Source of the DNA: Gordius albopunctatus
Lineage: Eukaryota
Assembly (NCBI GenBank): GCA_964276515.1
Contig: OZ193909.1
Location: forward strand, 13,268,001-13,332,000
Direction of reading: 5' to 3'
DNA: 64,000 nucleotides
The translations under genes were made by a program, and so were the position numbers. Each line of letters begins with the position of its first letter. The first letter of the stretch is position 1. Positions 1 to 12,078 of the stretch are shown one piece after another. Below the pieces are notes generated by a model, which saw nothing but the letters and a program-made list of their open reading frames with translations, was not told the DNA's origin and did not search any database.

Positions 1-468
1 ATTTTTTTTTATAATTCCAATTTAATATGCCCCTCTCCTTTTTTTTGAAATTAGTTTACGAATACAACGTACACGATAATAATAATTAATAAAGCGCGCA
101 AAGCAATCATTTATAAAAAAAACATTAAGATTTAAAATGATTATTATTATAGTTATTGACATTAAATTATAGGAAACCATGCGTTGTGGTTGTTAAACGA
201 TCCCCAACCAAGTCAAAATTTTTATCTTCGGAATTAGAGGAGCAATAATGATTTAGGGAGGGGCAAAATGATCCTTTTTTGAAATTTTAGCCATAATAAA
301 TTTTTGGATTTAGAAGGGGGCAGCCATCGCTTCCTGCCCCCCCCCCTTGCGCCCATGAATCCGGGCTAAAAATAGCTTGCGGAGCATTGCGACATGTCAT
401 AGTGAGCTAACATTGTTGAATGAATGCATTCTCTTATTGAATTATATGGACCCAATTTAAAATGCCAC

Positions 469-628
469 TATGAGCGTAGCCGGGGGGGGGGGCGGTTTTC
501 CCTTCTAAATTCAAAAATTTGTTGAAATTTATTAAAATTCTGGCTAAAAGTTCAAAAAATGATCATTTTGCCCCAGACTAAATAATTATTGGCCCCCCCC
601 TCTAATTTCAATGCTGGCTACGCCAACG
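469..628. mobile_element. hAT-type MITE, poly-G/poly-C family (CATGGGCGTAGCC-like TIR)
   Basis: Imperfect TIRs tatgagcgtagcc / ggctacgccaacg, flanked by the perfect 8-bp duplication aatgccac (461-468, 629-636). Related copies at about 236-357, 2367-2529 and 55997-56138. Confidence 0.75.
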
Positions 629-2366
629 AATGCCACCACTACTTAATAAAATATAGCAAAACACAAAACTTTCGCTAATGTTGCATCGCACATCGCTAGC
701 TTAAATACAAACGCGCACAAAAAGACAAAGATTGGTATAATTATTCCGAGCTATTGTCACAACCGTCATAAAATATGGTCAAATGCCAGGTCTAACGGTG
801 ACGACACATAACCTAAGGTCTAACAAAAAATATCATACCGCTCGATAAAAGGTTTGGTCGTGTTGTGGTATAATAATTGTTTTACACGATGAATAAGGGA
901 TGGATGAGCCAATTTTGTAGTCGATCGTTAATTGATTTGTTAAACGAGGTTTTAGAGAAAAGCCAGTGTTGATCAACTTATGATTACAAAACTTAGCTCG
1001 AGGGGCAATAAATTTTTTTAAAGAAGCTAAGGGATTAGCAATAAAAATTACGATACTGTAGTTGGGTCCGGTCGAGGTTAATCGGATTGCTGTGGTATCG
1101 ACGCATGTGCGTATAAAATTTATAGGGACAGGCCAATATTAAGTCTTTCCGTAATAGTAATTCCTTAATTTTTCAATTGCAAATTTTTTACTATTTATAC
1201 CCATAATGTTCATGTTTTTTGAGTTAATTTTTGCGAATAAATTCAGTTCAATTTTGGGGCCTAATAAAATGTATGTATAAGTGATGGGTCAAAACATGAT
1301 GTTGAAGGGTTGCCGATATGACACGTCAAAATTAAGCGAATCAATCGACATCCTGGCTCAATTTCTGTTCCCAAATTTAATTTTTGAACACCATAATCAT
1401 GATTGAAATTCACAAAATCCTCATTCACTCGCACCCTTAATTTTGGCCTCAATACTGATTGAGCCAAGAGTAAGCATGGCGAAAACTGTTTGCTTAATTG
1501 TCAATAATAACTTAACGCGACACGTCATATAAAATCATAGCTCGTCGAAGGAGACCAACCCAACTCCAATGTAACCCCAAGGTCCCCCAACTTATTCATC
1601 ACATTATCATGTCTTCGAGTGCTGTCGCAACTAAATCTCTATTTCGCAATTTACCCGTTAAAATAGGTGGAAAAACTTGAGGGGAAATGGTTGAAACTAG
1701 GGCATGGTATGTAGGGCGCTAAAGGCACAAACACATCATACACAATAATAATATATGGGTAAGGTGGTGGTATACAAACAAATTACCTAAGCATCATCAA
1801 TAATAACTACGGAGGCGGCGTGGGTATATCACGCCTCCGCCCGAAGGAAGGTCTTAACGAGAAAAGCATAATTATGAAATAAGTTAGAGAGCCGTGCGTG
1901 CATGCCACGCTATATTAATTGTGCACTCATTTCATGTGATTAAGAAGAAGCGATCGGAGACGACATATTTCCAGTGCGACATTTATAAGGTCAACTAGCT
2001 AGGCCAAAATGTATGGGGTAAAATTATGGGTAATGAAAAGGGAAATCCCAATGCGGAAATTAACAAATCAATTAATTATATCTAAACCCGAGCGCCATGA
2101 GTTTTTAAGTTATAATAAATCAATTAGCGATAAATTAAAGCCACCTCAACAGTGGTTGAATTATGATACAAAACGCACCATCAACGTTTAGAACAGGAGC
2201 GTGACACACATAACGACTAAACGTGCAATTTACCCAAATCCTGGTTAATTTTCAAGTTCTTTCATCCTCAATCTATAAAATGATCTATTTATATACATTG
2301 TATTTATGCGGAGGAGGCGTTAAAAAAACTATTTTAATTGAGTGAAACAAAAAAGTTTAAGCTGAG

Positions 2367-2529
2367 CATGGGGGTAGCCTGCACTGGAATTAGAGGGGAG
2401 GGGCAATAATTATTTGGGGGGGGGGGGCAAAATGAAAATTTGTTGAAATTTTAGCCCTATAATTTTAATAAATTTAACCAAATTTTTGGATTTAGAGAGG
2501 GGAAGCCCCCCCCCCCGGCTACGTCCATG
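2367..2529. mobile_element. MITE, same poly-G family
   Basis: TIRs catgggggtagcc ... ggctacgtccatg; internal sequence is the reverse complement of the 469-628 copy; no clear TSD. Confidence 0.65.
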
Positions 2530-2663
2530 ATCAAATACGTATAAAAAATAATACAAAATTTTGAGATGAGTTACATGCTGTAACAAAGGAAGTAAATAAA
2601 CAAATAAATAATATGTGTGTGGTCGTGGAGGCGAACAAAAAAATAATGATGCTCACTACTCAC

Positions 2664-5600
2664 TGGGTAAATAAGAGGTGCGGGCTTGCATGCTCATGCC
2701 CGTAGCCTCGATCATGCCTTCCAGAATAACCACGATTTCGTACTTTTCCCGTCGGACGTCATCGGCCCCCAAGTCGAAAAATGGCGAAGTTGGACTATCC
2801 ATGCGATGTACCAAGATGCAGGGCCAAGCCAAGAATATTTTATCGCTATTAACGGTACCCACGTCGGCACGGCTAGGAGAATCGAAACCTTAGCGTAAAA
2901 AATTCAAAAATTGGTTTTAACACGCGGAAGCAAAAAAGTCATTCGCAGAATCATACCTCACCACATTATAAATCCAAGTTGGACAGGTCAGGAGGTGAGA
3001 AACATGTCAGCACATTTTTCACCGTAAGTGAAGCCATAAATTGCATAGCAATAATTAATATGAACAAATATTTTACCAACCCTATTGCTAGTAGAGTGAT
3101 TGTTTATAATGATTCCGTAAAAGCACGGATAAATGTTTAGCAACCCGTTAATTAAAGAATTAGCTGAAATAGTTGGTTACAACAATGTGGTATCGGATTA
3201 GCATGTATAAATAAATGTTCAGCATTCCGTTAAATTTTTTTTACTTTTTAATCATGATTGAATACAGAGTGTTTATGCAGGTCTAGGGACGAATTGTAAA
3301 GGCTCTTTAAAATAGGACTAAACTTCAAGCCATTTATTCAGGCAACGAAATTAACTAGGTATTTTAATATGCCAAAATAATAGGCATACAAAGTTTGAAA
3401 AAAAAATCTTTTACACTAAAATACTCACATTTGAAACCTATTTATAATTTGACTAACAAAGTGTTAAAAGCAGAGAAACTTAGGAATAAAACTTTAGCAT
3501 ATAAATCTTTATTTACATAAAAATTTTAAGTATCAACAGCCTTAATTGGTTTAAATATATCTAATGAAGCCCATATATAGATTTAAATAATCCTAAGAGA
3601 AATTGGATATTATTCGACTACAGTGCAGAAATAAATATTTACCAAAATGAAAGGCAAAATATTAAAATTTTTGTTTATTCCCCTTATAAAGGAATGCATG
3701 ATAACAATCTGCCTAAATCCTTCGTGGCATGTGTTAAAATGCATATATAGCTTTACAGTGAATGTGACCTTCAACGAAGCTCATCAAAGCAAATTAGATT
3801 TATGAGGAGCCGAGTTTGCAAGTAAAGGTCGACATGAAGCCGGTAAAAGTTAGAAAATTAAAATTATGTTACTTTTTATTAACAAACATTAAACATGCAA
3901 TAAGAAAAATTTTCCATTTTTTACACCTCTTATTCCTAAAAGAGGGATATTGCAAGGTAAAAACCTTTAAAAACCAATAGTGCTATTAAAAATCTACTAA
4001 AATCGAATAAAAATTAGTCTCTCAAGTCATAAATAATTACAAAATTTAATCCTAATCACTCAAGAATATTAAAGAGAATCGAAATATGCTATATCTACCT
4101 TCTATAGGAAAGGGAAAAATGTTAACAAGTTTAAATCTAAAAGTAATTTACAAAGGTTCAAAAGAGTTAATTGCAAAAAGCGAGATCAAAGATGTAAAGC
4201 AATCAGGGATTATATTACCCAACTCCACGTTGTAGGGGTTGAGTGGTAAGGTTTCGCCCTCGAGCGTAACTTTTTTGCGAAAGAGGTAGGCGCGGGTATG
4301 AGCGTCAACGATGTGCGAGCGTCGCATGTCGCCTATGCGCACCAAAAGGCAAAGGTTGCCGTCGCGCGTACATACCACAGCGTTGCGGCTGAACATGAGC
4401 GTCACGGCCCGCTTTTTAGGCCGACTGAGCTTGGAAAATATCAGACCCGTCACGAAGCCTTGGATCATGGCTCCCGTTATGGCTTGTACTATTAGCACTA
4501 GCACGGCCTCGGGACACTCTTCCGTTATGTACCGATATCTTAAAACAGTTACGAAATATGTTACTATAAATGTATTCTTACTTTTTTCCCTATAAGAAGG
4601 GCCCACTCTAGTTATACTATAATACTACTCCGTGACCCCCCCCCCCCCTAATCCAAAACACAGATCATGAATTCCGGACAAAAAGATGAAGATATGAAAG
4701 TGATAGTATAGTGTCATAAACTTAGCGTCATCTAAGAGCTAGACAACTTCGCAATATTCCAAACATTCCAATATATAAGGTAGGCTCTTTCACCACAACT
4801 AATGTCGGCTCGGTCTTGTTTGGTCGACCTTTGGTTCAATTAAGACTAAGGGTTGACTCTGGTCTCTTTTTCAAATTTCGACCAAGTCTAGAGGTGGAGT
4901 AAGAGAAACGAACCAAAAAAGAGACCAAAATCATGACTACCTAAATTTTTGGCAACTCGATATGGGTCTCACCCATCTCGGATTAGCTTATACAACAGTT
5001 GCAAATGCTAGAAAAGCCGATAGAAAGGGGGAGGCAAAATGATGATAATTATTTCAAGTTTTAGAATTTTTGGGATATAAGAATTATTAAGATTAGTACC
5101 TACCTATTACACACACACAACACGATCGAGTAATAAAAATGTGGCGAAATCAAACAGGAAACTATATCATCACGTGTAGTGTATATAAGAAGAGCCCTTC
5201 TCACCCGAAGCCTATGGTGTGTTGCGTTTCTACGGAAAAGAGGAAGACGGAGGTGAAGGAGACCACATTGTTCACGCAGGGTTTCCATTCGGCGTCGCCT
5301 ACGTGGTCGAAATCGCCGTGGGAAAAGCAAATGAGCCACCACACGATGGCATACAGGGTCCAACTCAGCAAAAACCCGAGCGTGAATATGATGACGGCCC
5401 AACGCCATTTACTATCAAGCAACGTGGTGAAGATGTCCGTGAGGAAATGCTGTTTGCGTTTGGGGATGTGAGAGTGAATTATATTACAGGAGCCGGATTT
5501 ATTGACGAGGCGTTTGCGAATTTTCTTAAAATGCCGACCGCCGTGCCTCGAGCTCAGGCGTCGAGATATTTGTCGGGGCCAAGCCATGGGTCCTCCACTG

Positions 5601-7485
5601 GGTGCGACGACGCCGGGCGTATCTTTCAACAGGGGTTCATGATTTCCATCCCCGTGTTTTTCAAACGGGAAGCTTCATCAATCCATTGCAAAAAATATAG
5701 GATTAAGACCTATTTAGTGCTGTTAACGCGCGCCTCTTATTAGATCTATGCTGTTGAAGAAGTAACATGAGTGTTGTAAAACCGGCTGGGGGTTTTGTTG
5801 GGTCAACCTTTGGTTTACAACTAAGATTAATGGTTGACTCTGGTGGTCTGTTTTAAAAATTTCGACCAAGCCTTGTGGTTGACTAAGAAAAATAGACCTA
5901 TACATTTTTGGTCTGTTTATGTTTAGATCCAGCCGTTTTTACGACACTAGTGAAGAGACTTGATACCATCACCATCAAAAGAGACGTGATAAGAATGTCC
6001 CTAGTGCAAGGTCCCCTTTTCCAATGATCCCCTTCCCTAAGGTCCTAAATTTTAGATAAATTACTAAGTGGCAAGCGTTGTTGATTTTATAGCACCGCTA
6101 CATGTGCCGTATAGCTACAATTCTCAATCTTAGATTTATTATTTAAACATTGCTGCACAGAACAGCACACGTTGTTGAGAATAACAACTAGCTAACACCC
6201 CAATATCCTAAATGGCACATCCAATCTCCAGGGGAAAAAAGTATACTACTTGTCGGTTTGCACCACACCCACATTTAAGTCGTCAAAAAAATAGACTAGC
6301 AGTTATGGGGCATGGCTCTTTTATGCACACCATCATTATATCACTATAGCAGTGGGTTCGGCGCGACGCCTGGCGCGCTCGAACACTAGTTTAGAGTAAA
6401 AAATCGAGTTACTTAGAGGTGGTAGATGTTTTGTAGTGGCCACCGGCAGTGGTGGGGATATCGAAAGTACTGGCATACCAAGGGGGCGATATTTTTTTCA
6501 CACGCTCCTCGGGTTTGACCTTGAGGTAATCAATCGTGGCTTTGGGAAGGGAAGGGCGACTTTTGAGGGCCCGAAATGCCATGTCCCACAACGATCGCGT
6601 CCTCTCTCGACCTACCCCATCAACTGATCCCGCGGGCAAGACTGGGACATCGTTCGTATCCACGACACGAATCGAAGGGGGTGGGGGTGGTGCAGCAGAT
6701 GTTTCAACGGGCGGTACCTCAACAACGATTGAGGACGGCGACGTTTCGGGACCGTCAGCTGTTGATTCATCGACCTCGCTCGAGACTTGTCCTTCCTCCT
6801 CCTCCTCTTCTGTTTCGGTTGCCGTACCGGCCCGTCGATGTCCCAACCATTTAAGACCACGTTTCCAAGCCCTTTGAACTGTGGATGTTGGGAGGGGTGT
6901 GGGAGGGGCAATCACTGAATCCTCTTCTCCCTCTGAATGATTAGCTGATAGCACAGAATCTACTCGGCTGTAATGAACTTTACTTGCTTTAGGGGTTGTA
7001 GTAGCAATTGAGGTAGCCAAGAGAGGTTTGGAGACATAAGGAGGTATGTACATATTACGATTGTGGTCCCCATATTCATAAGCTAAAGATGAACGATAAG
7101 GACGCCGGGAAGCAGTGGTTAGAGGATAATCTAAGGCTTGGTGGTGTAAAGATTGTCTGGACCGATCTGATTTTATCTTAGTCCTCGCATAGGTCTGTGT
7201 AGAAAACTTAAATTTAGAACCTGAAATGGGCCTTGGGCAAGGCCAATCTGGTTCATCTTCAGATGTTGTAGAATAACTGGAAGATATTGAGATCCTTGGT
7301 TCAGTTGCTATGCGAGATATTTTTTGTGGAGATATAAGTTGTGTGCCCTGAGTGTCTGCCTTATGAGATTTTAATTTAGGTGTATTAGCAATATTTTTTT
7401 TGGAATCGTAAAGGATCTCTTGTTTGTCTTCATTCTCATTTAATTGTTTAGGTGTATGGTAAGGAGAATTGTTACCTGAAGCCAT
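2664..7485 (-). CDS. Inward-rectifier potassium channel (Kir/KCNJ family), spliced, 3' end not found in window
   Basis: Phase-consistent exons 7485-6413, 5672-5205, 4538-4219, 2888-2664. Motifs: [98 protein letters not shown] strong donor A|GTGAGT follows at 2663, but no EILWGH-type exon was found in 1-2650. Probable 5' UTR donor cag|gtaagt near 7642. Confidence 0.93.
5769..5949. mobile_element. MITE (TAGTGTTGTAAAAACGGCT family) in Kir intron
   Basis: Ends gtgttgtaaaaccggct ... agccgtttttacgacacta; similar to 16977-17180 and to a partial copy near 4810-4930; no TSD seen. Confidence 0.7.
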
Positions 7486-8556
7486 ACTTTTAAAGTGAAT
7501 TGATATTGATCCTTCTTCTTACCATATAGCTAAACAAAATATTTTATTAAAGACAAAAAATCTAAATTATTCAATAAATAGAGTTAAATATCTTACAATA
7601 ATCATAAATTGTTAATATTTATGAATTTTAACACACACTTACCTGCAGACAATCAAAGTGGAATGAAATTCAGCGGATCGGTACAAAATTGTTTACTTAC
7701 CTATTAATACATGTGATCCAAGTCATTAACTATTTCGGCATTTATTGCAATCTACTTGTGACCATATTTAAAAAGGCATTCAATTAGATATAAAGTTAGA
7801 ATTTTGATTATATATAGTTTTATACTTAAAGGTTATAACCAATATTATTGCTTAACACATAAGTTTGAGGAAATTTCATAGGATAAGTAACTAACATAAA
7901 TTACATCTAAGAATGTTTATTTGCATTAAGCTAGAGATTACTAAATTAAATAAATTGATGGGCATAACTATTTTATTGGCAAGATATGGCACTTACAAGG
8001 AACTTTGGTTTTACTTAAAGCAGCGATATTTGCTTTTAAAAGATTTTTTGGTAAAACTTTACAATATTTTAATGTTGATTTAATATATGGATTAACAAGA
8101 GCCAAAACTAACATTGATCGACAAACATCTAAGGGATTAAAATTTTTTGAAAATATGGAATGAATGATTGAATATGATAATGATCATAAAGGAAAGATCT
8201 CTATAAAATTTAAATAATATATGTTAATTTTGGCGCTAAATGTAGCATTGAAATTCGAGATGCATTTTTTGGATTGTGTCTAAAAACCGATACATTTCAA
8301 ATCAGATAAAATTTATAAGAAACAGAGTTGACAAACAAGATTTTTTATTAACGAAACCAAATTTTGATTTAGATTTTAGATCTAACCCGGAATCCGCCAA
8401 GATGCGAAAATTTCATACTATCATTTCAACTAAATTCTTTGAGGTTTATTTAAATTAACAAATTTTATCTCCTTAATGGAATCATTCATTATACAAATTA
8501 ATCAATAATTTTCGATAAAAAAACAAGTTCTAACTAACCTGAAATCTAGAATAGCA

Positions 8557-11290
8557 GAGTAGCGTAGGCAAGGGAGCTTTCGGGTTAGAACTCCCCCTCG
8601 CCCCTTTTGACAAAAAAATTGAATTTTTTTCCAAATTATACGAAAAAATTCAATGATATTTAGGAGTGCTGTTAGTGTTGCGCATATAAAAATAATTAAT
8701 TATCTTAATTAATTTGATATTTAATTTTAGATGAAATCTACTAATTCTAACACATTTATACAAACATTTTCTGTCCCGAGTGCCTGTCTTCTAATAAGAG
8801 GCAATTTAATACTTAATTATTTCTCTAAAAAACTATCTCAACCTCTAAAATAAACGAGGAAAATTCTGATACAAGCCAAATTTTAGTTATTAAGGTAACC
8901 AATAATTATATTTTTCTAAGTATTTAACATGGTTATTTAAACTTACATTAGTTCCTTGTTTATAGATATTGCGGGTATAGCACTAGATAAGAGTATAATA
9001 ATAAATTACAAATAATTAATACTCACTGTAAATGATAATTTTACAAAGCGTTTTGCACATTTCATTCATGCATGCTTCATTTTTAAACATACTTCAAAAT
9101 CTAATTTATATATAAATAGTGCTGTAAGTGAACGCGTTCAGTGAACTTTGAACGTGAACGCTTTCCATTTTTGATGAACGCGTTCGAATTTAACGTTCGT
9201 TCAATTTTAAAAACCCTTTTTTGTTTTTATTTATTTGAAAATTAATGTCAATCCGAATTTTTAACAAAAAAGTATTATATTTTTTAATCAGCTGTTTTTC
9301 TTTCCTATTACCAATTCCGAAATACTTTTAACATACTATAACGTGCAAAAGAAGATAAGATTAAAGTTAATTAGTTTGATATTATTAATTATAGTTTAAT
9401 TTATAGGTTAATATGGACAATCATAATATTATATCGTTGTCATCTTCAGATTCTGAATATTCAAAATCAGCAGATAAATTGAAATTGCCATGGCCAAAAT
9501 ATGAAAAATATTTTTCACTCGTTTCATATAAAAGATCAAATTCAATAATTAAAATGAAGCTACAGAGAATAAACTTTTAGTGTTATTGAAAAAAGGGATT
9601 GAAACCCCTAGAATTGATAATGAAAGAGCTGTCAATTCCGAGATGTCATTTTTTTGGCGAGGAAGTAGAGGGCGCATTGGAGGATGATATCTTGTCGCAA
9701 TTTTTTGAAGCGAGGGACAAAACATTAAAAGTTTTTAATAAATTTCCTCCTCTGAAAAATTTGTTTATTAAGTATAATACTCCAATCCCCTCATCTGCCC
9801 CTGTGGAGCAGGTTTTTAGTATAGCTAATGTTGTATTAACTGCCAAGCGTTCCTGCTTATCAGAAGACAATTTTGAAAAACAATTATTATTAAAAATAAA
9901 TAAGAAAATAGATTATATTGATTTATAATTATATTGTCAAAATAAAACTATTATTTTTTATCATGGCTATTTATTATATTAAAAAATATAAGACATTTAT
10001 TTATATTAAATTAAACTTTAAAAAAATGTATCATAAAATTTTGAACGAACGTGAACGCGTTCCTTTTCATTTTAAACGAACGTAAACGTGAACTCGTTCG
10101 ATTTTTGTCAATGAACGTTGAACGCGAACGCGTTCGATTTTTTTACAAATGTTTACAGCACTATATATAAATTGTACGTGCTTAATCTACAGTAAAAATG
10201 GATGTGAAAATTCAACTAAAAATTAGTATTCCTTATGGTTTAGCAAATTCATTTTTTAAAGTTTACTTTTTAATAATCATGATATAGCTAACTTTATTAA
10301 AGCAAATACAACTGGCAACGCCAAAGCTGGGCATGGATGGGCTTAATTGTAAAAATTGCAGGCCAGATTTAGACGAGCGTTATGATAATTAAACAGACTC
10401 GGGGCGGGCCTAGCTATAAGTACGGGCAACACCTTTTTATTTATATCTATAAAAATGTTGTTTTTTATGATGTCTATCAAATTTTATTATTATTTAACTT
10501 TACAATATAATTAAATCCATATTTTGTTTGTTGTTTATTCATAGAACTTGTGATTTATAAATATGTGGATTCCAAAGGTTGTTACATTTTAATAAGGGGA
10601 TCGTAAAAAATTTACAAAAATAGGTATATTAAGTTATTAAAAATTAACTTTGCATAGAGTTTCAATTATCATAAATCAGCTTCAAGTGCCACTAATGAAA
10701 ATTTAACGGCGCTTTACTTATTGGAAGAAACAAAAGCTTGTTTGAGACTGATATATTTAACATGATTAATATTGAATATTTAAAACATATAATTAAATGA
10801 TTGTTAGTATTGACAAAAAATGTTTAAAAAGCCGCAGAATATATAAGAATTTTTGGGAAGGTGTAGGCTGGGCCTGTGCTTTGCAAACAATCAGCGGGGC
10901 AAGCTCGGGCTTTTAATTTCATTTTAATGGTCCCGGGGCGAGATAATTTTGGGTACAGGTGGGAAAATTAAGCCCAAAAGGAGCGTGCAAGTGTTTAGTT
11001 TAAACAATGACCCTAATTATTGCAAGGTGCTCTTAGACATTTGCGTTTTTAAAGATAATATTAATGCATTTTTAACCAAAAAAAACCCATCTTAAATATA
11101 TAATTTATATAATTTTAATTATTTTTTGTTTAATCAAAATTTTTTGACACAAAATTTACCACCACCCCTCTTAATTAGATAGTCCTGCCTCCGCCACTAC
11201 TGTATATAAGCTTAATAAATTTTTGTTTAATAACATTATTTATTAAATTTTTTGAACCCCCCCCCTGAGGCAATCCTGGCTACGCATATG
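8557..11290. mobile_element. Composite non-autonomous hAT-like element with nested insertions
   Basis: Degenerate TIRs gagtagcgtaggcaagg / cctggctacgcatatg, flanked by gaatagca / gaatagta (7/8 match). Segment about 8558-9030 is similar to 38914-39620. Confidence 0.5.
9117..10163 (+). mobile_element. Internally deleted hAT DNA transposon retaining the C-terminal dimerization domain
   Basis: TIRs tagtgctgtaa / ttacagcacta, perfect 8-bp TSD tatataaa (9109-9116, 10164-10171), subterminal GAACG repeats. ORF 9599-9928 contains FPPLKNLFIKYNTPIPSSAPVEQVFS (hATC-like). Confidence 0.9.
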
Positions 11291-12078
11291 GAATAGTAAG
11301 ATCTGTATTGTGCTAGAAACTCAGGAACCTTTTTAGGTTGAATTTTACTGAAGTGATTTAAATGGCACAAATATAAACTAAAATAAGATGGTTTATGGAA
11401 TATGGCTTTGTCTTAAGCTTAAGAGGCCTCTGGTCCCTACCCTCGACACTCTAACAGTTCACAAATGTTATTAAAGCTACTGTATAATAAAAATACACCT
11501 TTTTGTTTCCCCATAACCACATGCACCACGAGATATTAAATATTATGTACATCGATAAAATATATTAGTAATATATCACCAATTCATCGGGAATTTTGCC
11601 ACATCAGGTGAAATTCTAGATAGAAATTAGCTAAGTAAAAGAAAATTAACCTTGCTATTTAATGTCTATTTTTATAATATTTTATATTATATACACATTT
11701 CTAGAGGTCCGATTTGTAAATATCCGGTCCGGTCCAATTTTATAACTAAATTGCCCGTTCGGTCCGTTTAAACCCTTCCATCCACCCGGCCTTGTCTGAC
11801 TTAATGACCGAACTGCCCAGACCAAAATAATGATTTTTAAAGAATTTTAGCAGTAATATTGTTATATTTTCATAAGATTATAAATTTAATTATTGTTTTT
11901 GAAGAAAAGAAAAACGATTAATAGATATTATACAATAAAAAGATGACAAAATAATACACAAAAACAATATGATATACTAAAAAATCTTAATAGGCTCCAA
12001 TTGCTTTAATCCTATTACAATTCCCGTCCAGACCCGTCAGAAAAATTAATTTTACGACAATGGCTTCGCCAGTGGACC

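Noticed and set aside
1261..1467. Minus-strand 68-aa ORF as the missing last Kir exon
   Set aside because: No EILWGH or other Kir C-terminal motif and no convincing in-phase acceptor.
2678..6911. Plus-strand and alternative-frame ORFs overlapping Kir exons (e.g. 5219-5743, 6536-6877)
   Set aside because: Shadow ORFs of GC-rich coding exons with no recognisable protein features.
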